DNA of 61,125 nt, the filler included, from Sphacelaria rigidula (Eukaryota), in NCBI GenBank assembly GCA_964200075.2. It is 5 parts of 5 records of this genome, joined end to end, with 100 filler letters (N's around TTAATTAATTAA, not from the genome) between each part and the next. Parts side by side here need not be neighbours in the genome. Positions count along the whole stretch, not along the records: positions 12,248 to 24,393 come from CAXNAA020004081.1; positions 24,494 to 36,639 come from CAXNAA020004082.1; 3 more parts are not named here. One strand, written 5' to 3'. The position numbers and the translations under genes were made by a program. Positions 12,248 to 25,489 of this stretch are shown here, one piece after another (within the stretch, counting starts at the first letter, position 1; each line of letters begins with the position of its first letter). A model generated the notes under the pieces. That model did no database searches. It saw nothing but the letters and a program-made list of their open reading frames with translations, and was not told the DNA's origin.

Positions 12248-12896
12248 GGCCCCTGAACAATAATCCGTGTGCAATAAATCTATGGCGATCTCCACAGATT
12301 ATATGCAGACTACCGTATATTGGCAAGCAAAGATTATTGCACACGACTTTTTGTTCAGCAGCCAATCTCGAAACCTCGGAGCCAAGCGAATCTGAAAAGT
12401 AGGCTAAGCTCCTCTCTGTGGGGTGATACAAAGTGTCCGAGACGTGTGTTGGCGATTTTCCCTGTTTGGGAGTCAAAAAGTGGGTCAAACATCCCAAAAG
12501 TTAAGAATACGTGGGCCAATTTTTTGTTTGCCATGAAAATCCGGCTTTTTCATACTGTAGGGTCATTTTTCTTATGAAAAAATTCGCTGGAAACTGATGA
12601 ATTCTCAGACAGCGGGATTTTCCAAATCTCTCTGGAAAAAGCCATCGCTTCCCAGAGACGTTTCTCTGTCTGGGAATTGACATTCCATCACACACTCCTC
12701 GCACACCGCACCCGCAACGGTACAGTCACTGCTCCATCACAGACTCCTCGCCTATAAGTGTAGTACAGTCAGTGCAACAGTAGCCGTGCATGTCGTATGT
12801 ACAGTACCGTGGCAACAGTATAACTGCTGCAGCACTCCGTGCATCCTCTTCATGACCGCAGGGCCAGGGATGGAGAGTACAGGCAGTACAGTGCCT

Positions 12897-12969
12897 TTTC
12901 GACTTGCGTCACCCCCGGGAGGCCCGTGCCAACCTCCCGAAGGGGAACCTTGTATATATATATATATAT
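12897..12969 (+). repeat. Dispersed repeat resembling a LINE/SINE 3' end with TA tail
   Basis: TCGACTTGCGTCACCCCCGGGAGGCCCGT...CTTGTATATA recurs at about 26205-26276. Confidence 0.65.
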
Positions 12970-12986
12970 TCCCTCACTTGTACAAT

Positions 12987-13317
12987 AAACCCTCCCGTTT
13001 CTCGGGACGAGTCCGTGGCCTCAAGGGATCAACCCATCTCACCCCCGGTATACGCCTCCTTACATTTCGGAATCGCGAATTGGATCATGACCATCAATAC
13101 TCACTTCCCGCACCGCGTCGCGTCGGCTGTCGAGTAACAAATTCTGCCAAACACGGAGTCTTTTTTCCCACTAACGTACCTCCTAACGCTCTCCGTGACG
13201 GAAATCAGATACTGTACTTACTAGAAAAAAAATCAGCAAACTAGACGCATCTGGCGGGAATTGAAACCTAAATGATGTCAGTTGTACCTTTTTTAATTTA
13301 GACTACCGGGGCGCGAC
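12987..13317 (-). mobile_element. SINE family B (tRNA-derived)
   Basis: Minus-strand head GTCGCGCCCCGGTAGTCTAAATT...GGTTTCAATTCCCGCC. Body GGGACGAGTCCGTGG..TCAAGGGATCAACCCATCTC is shared with 15285-15430, 17157-17300, 23441-23733 and 56831-57126. Confidence 0.7.
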
Positions 13318-13917
13318 GACCAACGCATTGCCTTATTCTCCAACATGAAAAGGTTACTCTTCAGGCGGGACTGCCAACCGACCCCAAATACTCAGGACAA
13401 AAATTGAGCGTGGGCGTTCCCTCCTCGAAGGGTCAATTTCTAAACCGAGCAGTGATTGACTGACTGCACATCAGGGTAATGTTGGCCGGCCATTTTTTCC
13501 CCCTTTGTTTTTTGTTTTTTTGAAGTCTACCCTGAGATACCCAGTATTTTGGGCAATCGATATCTCAAGGTGCCCTACTGTAATGTAACTCTGTACCGCA
13601 AAAAATACCCTGGAAGAAGGCAATAAATGTACCCTCGGAATTTGGAACCCGGTACCCTCCCTGCCCGGACTAACCACCCTTCGAGATATTGACCGAGTCG
13701 TTATTTGCCACACTTTTCAGACTCGTGGCGGCTAAAAGTACATATTTCGCTAGAAACCACTTGCCCAACCCGTCGTCAAAACCCGTGGTTGAGAAAAATC
13801 CTCTGTTTTAATGTGGACCGTCGTGTCTGTCGAGGACTCATTACCTTCCTCCCCTCCCGCCCCCCTCCCCCTTCACACACGCACATTCACTCTCACACAT
13901 TTTATGCGTCTTTGTAG

Positions 13918-14043
13918 AGAAAGGAGCAGGAGGCGACGCCAGCGGCTGAACCATTCAAGCTGGCGCAGTTCAAGAACGTCAAGTCGCGCTTCAGCTCCAC
14001 GCCAACTGGTCAGGTGAGGTGGAAGAGGGGAACCTCGCTCGCG

Positions 14044-14078
<35 letters not shown>

Positions 14079-17059
14079 GCTGTCGTTGCTATTCCCTTCC
14101 TCCCCCGCAACCCCTCCGTCTCGAAAGGGATGCGTGGTCAACGGTCAAACGACTAAGGCAAGGAACAAATGAGTACGCCCCCCCTCCCCCCCAACCCCCC
14201 GCCTCCGCTCACCTCAACTCCAGATTTTTTTTTTTAAATCCAGGTCCGTATCCATAGCTGCCGTGACTCCTCCCCGCAACCTTTCCCCAGTAACTAGTCT
14301 ATGCGTGTACCAGTATGTTTCCGTTTTTGTGCTACTCGCGATGTTGAAGGGTGTGTGTGTGCCCTAGTGTAGCAGATGGGCACCCCCATTTTCCGTATGC
14401 CCCGGGGTGTACTGTAGTACCTTCGCACGAGGGCATACTCACTGTACGCATACACATCATATGCACGTGCGCATGAGAACTTCCCAAGGGTTTGTCGGGT
14501 AGGGTAGTTCCTACATTATTTTGAGTAGTATGAAAAAAATCGAGCTCTGAAAGTACCTAATAGTTTGGGTGAAGTATTGAGGTCGTGCGCGATAAGTACA
14601 ACATGTATTGAGTAGAATATTGCGATCGTACCTTACTCTACACAATATTTAAGGAGAGGTTTGGAGACCGGACAATCGCAACACAAAATTTGGGAAGAAT
14701 GAATACCTAGGGGTTTACTTTACCCAACAACACACCGCTGAAACTTTCATCCGTTGTTTACGGCTACAGCTCATGCGTCCGAGCTTTGGACACACGTGGG
14801 ATATTCTTTTCTATGTAGAACCAACATCTGACAGCAACCAACCAGCCAACCAATCAACCAATCAACCAACCACCCACCCACCCAACCAACCAACCAATCA
14901 ATCAAGCAATCGACCAACCAATCAGCCAATCAACCAACCAACCAATCAACCAACCAACCAACCCACCCACCCACCCACGAGTCATGCCACGGTGGTGGTT
15001 GCAAATACATTTTGGGCCGAGATTATGTCTCATTTGACGGGCTCTCACAGTTAGAAGCTACACAAGAATACGGGTCCGAGCATGCACGTTTTCAAATCCA
15101 ATCAAGGTATCTATATTTATATGTATATACATCCCTAGCCCATTGTAATCCTCATCGCGGTGTGCTCTCACATATTTCATCAGTCGCTTTTTGGGATGGG
15201 ACAAAGCACCCCTGACAATTCAGATCTGAGGAATATTTCACACCCTGGACGATTGTTTTTATTTTTTATTTTGTCGCACTTCTAACCCCTCCCCTTCCTC
15301 CGGACGAGTCTGTGGTCTAATAGTCTCAGGGGATCATCCCATCTCTCCCCTGGTATGCGCCTTGCATTTTGGTCGCGCGGATTGGGTCAGCACTCCCGCG
15401 CACCGCGTCCACTCACGTCAAACAAACTCAGTCGAGTACTTTGACTTGCATTGTCGAAAAATGTCCTGCGTACAGCGTGGAATCTTTTGTCTGAGGCAAA
15501 AGACGCAACAGTCGATACTGCACGCAGTTCACTTTTTGACAATGTCATCTACTGTCATTATCCAGGTTATGGAATACTCGGGACAATGAACCCTGCCGTG
15601 GTGGCATGACTACCCCTGCCCAACCTTTGCCCCCTATCTGCATGCCGTCTGTGCCGCCCGTTTGCGCACAAGAGACGGGAGTCCCGGCCCGAATCGTCAG
15701 AGAAGGGCGCATCGCCCGGTCCCGGACGCGATTTTCTCCGCAAGGGCTCACGAGAAACGGTGCGTTGAAGTTGTCGCCCTTTTTTTTCCGGTCCGCAAGC
15801 AATGGCTAAAGTAGGAAGGGACGGTGCGGGTGTGGGTTGATTGATCGTTTTCCTTGTCTGCCAACGTCATTCGCTTGTGTCGGCGTGTTTGCGTGAGATT
15901 TGACCGGTTTGATTTGCTTGATTGCGGGAATCGTTGGTTGATTGGTTTGTTGATTGGTTGATTAGTTGATTAGTTGTTGATATGTCGACTGACTGTTCGA
16001 TTTGCTGATCGAATGGTTGGTTGATTGATTGGTTGATGTCGTTAGGTGGTTGGTTAATTAATTGATCGGTTGCTTGATCGAATGGTTGATCGATCGATTG
16101 GTCGGTTGAAAGGTCGATTGAATTGGTTGACTGATTAGGTGGTTGGCTGGTTGATTGGTTGGCTGGTTTACTGATGGACTGTGCTCGATGCACTGATATG
16201 ATACAAACACAGCCGTCGAAACACGAAATATGCACTCGAGGCAACAAAACAAAATAGGGCGGAAAACGCTTCCAATCTCTGGCGTTTTACGAAACGCTCA
16301 GCATGGATGGATGAATGAATGAATGAACATTTCCCCCCTCATGTCCGTCTCGAAAGGGGATCGTGGTCAATGGTCAAACGACTAAGACAAGCAACAAATG
16401 AGTACCCCCCCCCCCCTCATCTCCGTAGCATGAAAAAGCAAGTGTGCCTCCGCAATAGCCCCCCCTTCCCCCTCCTCTGTTTTTTTTTTCTGTCTTCGTC
16501 CATACTGTTAATATTTACGGGATGACGTTGTGATTTGATGGCAGGAGTATTAAAAAAGTTGTATGCGCGGCGGCCAAGTTTCCTCCTTGATACGTATGCG
16601 TGTCGCCTGATGTCAAGACACCATCACATATAGTGGGAAACGGGCGAACGTAGTAACCAGCACAATAATAACCATATTCGAAATTATATTGGTCGTGATA
16701 GTAACGTTAAAACCAGTAGCAACAACAATACGGGTAGTAATGATGATGTTGATGTTGATGTTGATGATGATAATGATAATGATAACGGCAATAATAGTAG
16801 TGGTAATGATGAAAATACTGATCGCAGTTGTAACAGTAACAATAGCAATAGCAACAGTATTGCTAAGTTGAAAAAATCAATAATTTTTGTACTTAGTCTA
16901 ATTATTTATCATCACTGCGATTATTGCACTGTTTGAGCTATCGTTTTTGCTTTGCTTTACTGTTGATATGATTGTCGTCATCGTCATCATCGTCATCGTC
17001 ATCATCATCATCATCATTATCATCATCATCATCATCATCATCCATCATCATCATCATCG

Positions 17060-17132
<73 letters not shown>

Positions 17133-18066
17133 CTTGCCCCCCTCCCTCACTTCCCCAACCCTCCGGGAGACAAGCCCATGACCTCAAGGAATCATCAACC
17201 CATCTCTCCCGCGGCACCTGCCTTGCAATCAAATCTACTATACCGAGCATCTAATCAGCACTCCCTCCCGCAGCGCGTCGATTCTCAACTAGCAGTCGCT
17301 CCGCTACGCGCATCCCGTCCTCACGTTCTCAAGGACGACACAGTACTTTGACGCGGACTGAAAACACCCAAACACCCATACAGAAATACACACATGGCTT
17401 CCCCCACCCTGATTGAACGAACACTGTAGCAGCAGCTCCAAATGTTATACTGTCTGTGTATAGTACGCAGCAACTTCGCTGACAAAACAATAAACAAACG
17501 CATTCGTTTCGGAACCGCCCCTCGTCGGCCTGTTTACTTCACTTGCACATATACACATACATAATTGAACAATACATACACAGGCAGCGAACGAGCTCCG
17601 GCGGGAGGCAATACGAAGACGACGCCAGCTAGAGTCACCCACCAACACCAATACCAACAGCAAGCTCATTGGGACAAGATCAAGAACATCACCGACAGCG
17701 ACACTCGACACACCACCACCGCTAAACACGGCACACGCCACTTGGGCTCCGACGGCCGTCGCCTCCTCCGCATATTCAACGAGCCCCAGCCCCAACCACC
17801 GGAATCGAGCACCCTCCAGCGGCGAGTTAATAAACTGCGATGATGACCACGGCGCACAGGGACGGCAGAGGTGTTCCCTTTCCTCTGCTGACATGCGGCG
17901 GCGCAGTGAAGGGGGCCAATCAGTGAGCAAGGTTTCGGAACAATTTGGGATGATGACTACCACGACTCCTAGGAAGGAGCCCGTGCCTCGAGCATCGGAC
18001 GTTGCCAAGTTGGCACCTCGATTGGAGAGAGATTTTGTTGCCTCGAATCGTCTTCAGGTGAGGAAA

Positions 18067-18110
<44 letters not shown>

Positions 18111-18839
18111 AACATATGTGGGGAGGTGTGCGAGCGGACCAGAAGGGTTCGCGAAACGTTGAATGACTCTTGAGCGTGTGGAAGTACTATGGTATTGGAT
18201 GCTATGCTACGCTGTCCTGTGCTGGCCTGTGCTGTGGTAGGCAAATGAAAACAAGGGAAGGTTCGGGCAGGAAAAGAATAGAAACGATTGTCTGTCGTCT
18301 CTGAGAGACATTTTACTTTTGATCATTTCTAGGTTTTCCAATTCTTGATGTCAGTTTGGATACACATATATATATATAAATATATATACATATATTTGAC
18401 CCTTCAGATATCTATTTTCTATTCTCCCTCTTCATTCTCCTCTTTTTTTCAGTTCTGTTTGTACTCTCGCTCTCTTGCATTCCTCCCCCCCTCCTCTCTG
18501 TCTGTCTGTCTGTCTCACTCGTGCTTCCTTGAGCGAGTTCTCTCCATTGTTTGCGTTCGGTACGGTTGTCTTATTTCCGCGGTTGCACTCATAGCGCACC
18601 AGTCAACGCGCGACATTGAAACAAGCTAACCAACCAATCAACCAAGCAACCACTAAACGTTTTCGAAATCCCTCTCCTTCATCATGAGTACATCCTTCCT
18701 CCGAAGGACTCCGACTTCGTAGCTGCACGGGATAACATCCGCTTATCCCGCGGTAAGCTGTAAATGCCTAGGTGTCTTGTCACGCCGGCACCGCATCGGC
18801 TTCAGCACTCGCTCGCACCACCGTCTGTCCTTTTCCATT

Positions 18840-18906
<67 letters not shown>

Positions 18907-21900
18907 AAGTTGTAAGTTGTTGTTGTAAGTTGTTGCTGTAAACCTGATGGTGCTAAACAAATATCGTTACATCTGTCCGTTCAGATTCGAGCCGACCGAC
19001 CTTCCGCCCTCACCAGCAATTTTTGTCATCATTTTAATTCAGACAACCGGGACGCGGCGGCATGCACAAACGAAAATCGGAAGTGTGTATGTGTGTGTGT
19101 GTGTGTGTTTTCCGACTGACTGATGGGTATCGGGATATTAAGCCGGTTTATGGTCGAGAGATACGGTCGAGCGGTATAGCTGGCCATCGGTGCTTGTTTT
19201 TCCCGATAAGAAAGGCCACGAATCGCAAAGTTGTCTGGTTCCATGCGGGTTGATCTAAGGGCAACCCTTTTGGAACTCACGATGGAAAATTGATGATTTG
19301 CAATTGACGGTTTTTCAGCAAGATATGGTTGATGGTTCACAGCTTAGACGCAACAATATTCGCCCAACATGTATTTTCTAGACCCGTGCGAGTGACAAGT
19401 GAAACAAAAGGAGGTTTCCTATGTTCTCATCGCGGCGAGGTCCAGGACCCGTCGGCGTTTTTTTTCTACACTCGTGAGCTCCTTCCCCGGCCACAGTGCG
19501 CGGCGAGCCTCTGTGAAGCATGCTTCCCGCCTGACCTGGACGCCCTTCCCGCTGCAGTTTATACTCTTTGCAGCGTCATAGCAACAAGGGCAACGCCGAT
19601 GACACATTCGCCATATATATGAACTGGCAGTCTAATACAATACCAGGCAGTCACCTTTCCGTGCCGCCGAGGGTGCTGCGATACTGCCCTGTACAGTACT
19701 GGGTGTGTTTACAGCAGTTTGGGGTAATCTCGACTGCAGATTCACGTCATGCACAACATCGAGCTCATGCACGTTCCGACAGCACCATCCCGCCGTTTGA
19801 AAAAATCCGTAAAGGCGACGCAGACGCGATGTGCCCTGCAGTTATGCACCGTAACTGTGGTGTAGGCTGGGTCTGCCAAGTGCCGTCGCCCCAGGGGTGA
19901 TGTCTTACTGCTTCGTGTTATGTCTGTATCGTATTTTAAAAATATCTCTGTGAAACGCGAGGCATGCACAGAACTGCGCTCTGCCAAGCACGTGCCGACA
20001 ACATCATACTGCGGGTTGGCTATTACACAACGGCGTAGCGAAAGGCGTGGTGACCCCACCACATCTATACCGCGGGTTGATCGCTCCCGATCGTTGCATA
20101 TACATACTGCATGCTGCATGAAATTCATGACACCGGCTACCGCTATCGTCTCGTGCCGTCTACGCTCGTGGCCGACTTTTCACGACATGCTTACATTTAT
20201 TTTGCACGGAATGTCGCTGCAAGTCAATTCTGTAACCCACTGTATTTACTGATTGTAGTGTTTTTCATCTGGCGTGACTACGGTAGGCGGTGCCCGTTGG
20301 CTCCCTCCCGTGTGCATGTATATCGCCTATGCGGACGCCTGCGATTACACCCGCCATGTACCGCCCGCACAACCCACTGTGCCTTCCACATTTGGTGAGG
20401 GATTTCGCTGGGTTCAGCCATACTATGCTGCATGTATGGTGTGGCTTGATAAACTCGCCACCTGATGCTGCAGCCCATCAAAACGGCGCTTCCCTTATCT
20501 TTAAATGAATGCTGACATACCGACGTGCCTGGTTGGACCCTGGAACCCATTGCTGTTTTTTGAATGGAATGTTTCCTAGTGGTTTTACAGATTTTTGTCG
20601 ATGGATACAATTGGACACACTTCATCCGTTGCGTGATTGGACAAACCTCACCCGACCTCTCCAGGGAGGACATTCTTCTTCGGTCTTCCATCATGAAAAT
20701 GGTTGCCGTCGGCGTTTTTTGTTTACATCTTGTCCTCTTGGCCAAGGCTTCTCATGATAAGGCGTTTGGCCAGGGGACATGAGGGGAGGGTTCCGAAAGG
20801 AATAGTTAACAGTGTTTTCGTCAAATTGAGGGTAGAAGATACGATCGAGAGTGAAGAGCGGTCAATTGGTGAATAAATCGTTCAAGTTCCGAAATGCCCC
20901 TCCACGAGGCCCAATATTCTTTCCGTAGTAGCTTGCCACTGAGGCCCTTGATCCTCGAGTAGAATATCGACGTGTAGCTGTAACCACACGCCAGGGGTGG
21001 AGGCAAGGAAAAGCACACACGGAATGAAAAATTGGCTAAGTTGAAGCGAATGATGAAAGCCACTCTCAATCAGCGCTCTACTCTCAATCTCACGAAAACG
21101 TTGTTGGTTGTGTTCTGTAGGGTGTGTACCCGTGAGCAAGGGGTTTTTGGTTGGCATACCAAGCCATTGCAAAATGTGTACCGAATATTCCGGCATCGTT
21201 CGGCAGGGTATCAAGCCTTTTCCCGAGCACTCCGTTGTGGTTCGAAAAGATATTTGCCGACAAAATGTTCTCTTTCATACTGGCGTAAATATCCGATGTT
21301 TTCAGGCGGTGTACCCCTACAGAACGCAACCTTGCATTGATCGAACGATTAAGCGTTGCACATGAAGTGGTCCGCTCCGAATCCAGCAATGGTAACAAAG
21401 TGGAGGTGTATGACGTTATTAGTATATATATATTTCTTTCCCTTTTTTTTTGTTGCGTTTTAGTCTGCTTGTTATCTCCTTCGTCGTGTCGTTTTTCACT
21501 CTTTTCCCTCGTTCTTTATATTTTATGTCGCCTACAGGCAGTAAGTATGTTTATGTGTTTGTTTGGGTACATCCGTGACGTAATCACCGAAGGCTGCATT
21601 CGTCGCGAATCAGTTGACTTGGGGCAATTGATCAATCAATCGATCATCAATGAATGAATGAATTAATTAATCAACCAATTGATGAATCAATGAATGGATG
21701 AATCAACGAATCAACGAATGAATGAATTAATGTATAAATTAATAAGTGGATGGACGAATGAATGATGGAATGAATGAATCAGCCAACCAACCAACCAACC
21801 AACCAACCAACCAACCAACCGATCTATGAAGTAATGAACCGATGAATAAATGAATGAGTCGATCAATGGATAAATGAATGAATGAATGAATCAGCCAACC

Positions 21901-24206
21901 AACCAACCAACCAACCAACCAATGAACCAATGAGTCAAAAAGTCAATGAATATATTGATCAACCAATCAAATCAGTCAACCAAACAGCGAATCAATCCAA
22001 TAAACCAATCAAATCAGTTAATTAATCGGTCAATCCATCAACAGTATAGGTCTGATGTATGATACGGAATCATCCCGAGGAGGCGGATGTCGTTCTCATC
22101 GTACAATGCAGTGCTATAGCTCAGCCAGTGCATTGCTCGCTCCCTCGTTGGTTCCAGCCACCCAGCAACCAACCCAAGGTGACGTCTCTCACGTTTCGCA
22201 TATGTATCTACCCCCCTGACATTTTGACGAATGAATGAATTAGTGAAATGCATGGATGAATGTATGCTTTGTACTTGATTTTCATCAAATCTGTCGTCTT
22301 TTTCATTTTCCCTCGTCATACTATTAGGAGTAGGAATGGTGCTCCATCTCGAAAGGGATGCGTGGTCAATGGTCAAACGACTAAGGCAAGCACTGATGCG
22401 ATATTATTCGATTGAACTACGAATGTGATATCGCACCGGTTCGATCTATCGGTAATATCGGTATCTGTCGATACACGCGCCTCACAATTTACTGTATCGT
22501 CTTCTCGCCACTCTCTTATTCTTTCTTTTTGGTGATATATTTGGTGTGACGATCAAATTGACGTACAACACCTCCGCAGGCGACGGAAATGAAGACGAAG
22601 CAACTGACGGAACCGGAATCGCACTTCACCCACGATAGCTACGGGAGGGTGAGATGTATGGATTTATGGATGCTTCTTTTTCTCTTATCGCTTGTTGTTT
22701 CTTGAATTCAAACGTGGGGATGACCAGTATTCCGACCGCCGGTGTTAATAGAAGGTCAAAATGTGAAGGGAAAAAATACGAATGGGCTATCACATCACAC
22801 ACGTGTGCCGGTTTGTGCATCGGGAGGATATAGCCACACCATCTGTGTTCATGTATGTATGTATGTATGTATGTATGTATGTATGTATGTATGTATGTAT
22901 GTATGTATCGACTGCCGTGTGCTTCTTGCGATGTTTCGATACGCGTTTTTCTGGCACAACATGATGTCATTTCATTTTTCATCTATGTATTCGATGTGTT
23001 GATCTTTTTCCATGCATCGTTGTTTTCACCCGTCTGTTCATTTCTTCGTTCCTTCATCCCTTCATTCATTCGTTTATCCACTCATATTCATTCGTTGATT
23101 TACTCTTTCATTCACGTTTATCTATTCTGTTCATTTTGTCTTGTTCATTTTGTGTCTGCAGGTTCCAGACTATCTTGTGTCGCGACAGGAGGAGTGGGAG
23201 AGGGAAGAGGAGAGGAGGAAGGCCGAGGCCCCCGACCCGACTTGCCCTCCTGGAATGAAAGTCATGCCGGAGGAAGAACGTCTGTCCACTCTCCGGCTCT
23301 TAGCGGTGTGTCGAAGTGCCAAGATGGGCCTGATATCACATGAGATGTGAATGATACATGGTATATGATGCAGATACATTTGTCGAAAAGTGATGGGTGC
23401 TAAACGGACACAAGTGGTATTTGTCTCGTCCTACGTAACCACCGTGCTCCGGTAGTCTAAAATAAATTTGTATGCCTCACACCAGTAAGGTGAGAAGAAT
23501 GCGGGTTCGATTCCCAGCAGGTGGTGTATTTTTTTCTCCTGGGAGCAAATATCCAATTTGTGTCGTTGCAATCGTGAGGACGTCAGAAGCTGAGAGATGT
23601 AGTTATTTGACGGTAGTCGACGCAATTCGGGCGGGCTGATCCGATCCGCGAAATCAAGATGTAAAATACGCGTATAGGGGCAGACATGAGTTGATCCGTT
23701 GAGACGGCGGACTCCTCCAGAGGAAGGGGAGGTGCTGAAAGCGTGACGAAAAAAACAGAAGATATTGCGGTGTTATCCAGATGTTGAATGTACCCGAAAC
23801 ACCTGGATCGCGCAATTTTTGTCTCTTTGATATTGGCTAGTCACAATCGTATCAATATATACTCATACATACATACATACATACATACATACATACATAC
23901 ATACACGAGTAGAGTAGAGTGGGTTCGTAGCGTATCGATTGACGTGCCATGATTGATCAAAACATCGAACCAACCAACCAGTCAAAATAATCCGTCAACC
24001 AAGCAAACCAGACGCGACCCCCCCCTTCCCGTCCCCATCACCTTTTCACCCCTTCCTCAAGCCAGGAAAATGAAGCGTCATGCCAAGCACAGCTGAACAA
24101 GTTCCCCCTCGTGGTGCAGACACCGCTGCTGCAGAAACGCGTAGAGTACCTGAACACCAAGCTGAAGGAAATAGACGAAGCCAAGATAATCTTCAGCCGT
24201 CCCCGG
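13918..24206 (+). CDS. ENKD1: Enkurin domain-containing protein (ENKD1-like), partial; first and last exons not identified
   Basis: Six phase-0 AG/GT exons: 13918-14013 (FKLAQFKNVKSR), 15673-15759 (RDFLRKGSRE), 17584-18057 (RKEPVPRA...DFVASN), 22580-22648 (HDSYGR), 23162-23305 (VPDYLVSRQEEW...PDPTCPPGMKVMPEEERLSTL), 24066-24206 (LNKFPLVVQT...KLKEIDEAKIIFSRPR). The YGxVPxYL...PPG...ER..TL...FSRP pattern is the enkurin domain. Confidence 0.88.
14485..14740. mobile_element. hAT-like MITE (GGGTAGAGTATT family), degenerate
   Basis: Ends CAAGGGTTTGTCGGGTAGGGTA / TACCCAACAACACACCGCTG resemble those of 58187-59660. Flanks GAACTTCC / AAACTTTC are a degenerate 8-bp TSD. Confidence 0.6.
16975..17129. 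repeat. (CAT)n microsatellite
   Basis: Long CAT run with a few CGT/TAT variants, intronic in the ENKD1-like gene. Confidence 0.95.
18839..18935. repeat. (TTG)n microsatellite
   Basis: Direct reading. Other simple repeats in the same gene: (GTT)n about 14043, (CCAA)n 14836-14975, (GT)n 18069-18108, (ATGT)n 22851-22907, (CATA)n 23864-23903. Confidence 0.95.
20807..21108. mobile_element. MITE with TAACA..GTTTTCGTGAGATTGAG-type TIRs
   Basis: Ends AACAGTGTTTTCGTCAAATTGAGGGTAGA / TCTACTCTCAATCTCACGAAAACGTTGTT. A diverged full-length copy lies at about 46199-46511. Confidence 0.65.
23441..23733 (+). mobile_element. SINE family B (tRNA-derived)
   Basis: Head CCGGTAGTCTAA...GCGGGTTCGATTCCC. The 3' part GAGTTGATCCGTTGAGACGGCGGACTC resembles the reverse complement of the family-B body. 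Confidence 0.65.
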
Positions 24207-24393
24207 GTAAGCAAGCAAGCACGAACACCAACCTGTATCCTTTGTTCACCCCCCCGGTCCGGCGAGTACCCGGCGTGCTCCGTCCCGGCTTTGCAGGGGC
24301 GGATCCCCGATGAGGTTGGCGTCGGTTGGCGATGACGCTATAAAACACGCCAATCACCGCGTAAGCTAGGCAACCAGGTTACCGTTTTTTTCT

Positions 24394-24493
24394 NNNNNNN
24401 NNNNNNNNNNNNNNNNNNNNNNNNNNNNNNNNNNNNNTTAATTAATTAANNNNNNNNNNNNNNNNNNNNNNNNNNNNNNNNNNNNNNNNNNNN
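24394..24493. other. Artificial contig spacer
   Basis: 44 N + TTAATTAATTAA + 44 N. Confidence 0.98.
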
Positions 24494-24660
<167 letters not shown>

Positions 24661-25489
24661 ACTTTAGATCATACCCGACAATACCCAGATACCGGGCAGG
24701 GTGATGCGATCGTCCCTAGCTTTACCCGACATTTGGATAACGTTTGGACATCGGACAATCGCAAGACAAAACTCGGGAGAGTGCATACCCGGTTTTTTAC
24801 CCCACCCACTACCTTTAACCCACCCAACACACCACTGTAGTTTTCAGGCCGGCTCCTTTCATGGTCACACGCGGCTGCTAACCATACCCTTGAACCAGAT
24901 GTTTGTCATATTCATCAGCTGTTGAGACGACAGGGCCGAGGAACCCGCGTTCTATACGCACGTGAAAAGGTACGGGACGAGAACATATTCCATTTTTGTC
25001 AGCTCCCATTGTTTTTTTTTCGTTTCTCGTATATAGCCAACAACAGTGAGCTACCTCGCCGTCACAACACCAACGAGGTTTTCTTTTGAAAAAAATGAAA
25101 AAGTAGGAAACGTTGGTGTCAGCGCATCGGGGCCCGGGAGGGACTGCGAGCTCGCAGTTAATAATGTAACAGCCACATGCGAGAAATAAGAAAAGAGATG
25201 GTCAGGTTGAAACTCGTTTGCATGAGGCCGCTTGTTACAGGGACATCTATTTCTCTCATTTTTTTTTTCATGATTCCATCGGCCCACATGCCGATTTTCC
25301 GGTGTTTTCAAGTCGCTGTACCACATTTATATACATATATATATATATGTACATGTATCATTTCACATTTTTCACCGTTTGTGCCGAGTTTTCCCTGGTG
25401 GCAAGGATTTTTTTCCCACGCTTTCTTTTGCAGCGCACTGAGAAGGCTCAGCGGTACATTACCGTTCAGGTTTGGGCGCCATCTGATAC

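Noticed and set aside
16938..17351. Poly-His, poly-Met, poly-Asp and poly-Ile ORFs
   Set aside because: Translations of an intronic (CAT)n microsatellite.
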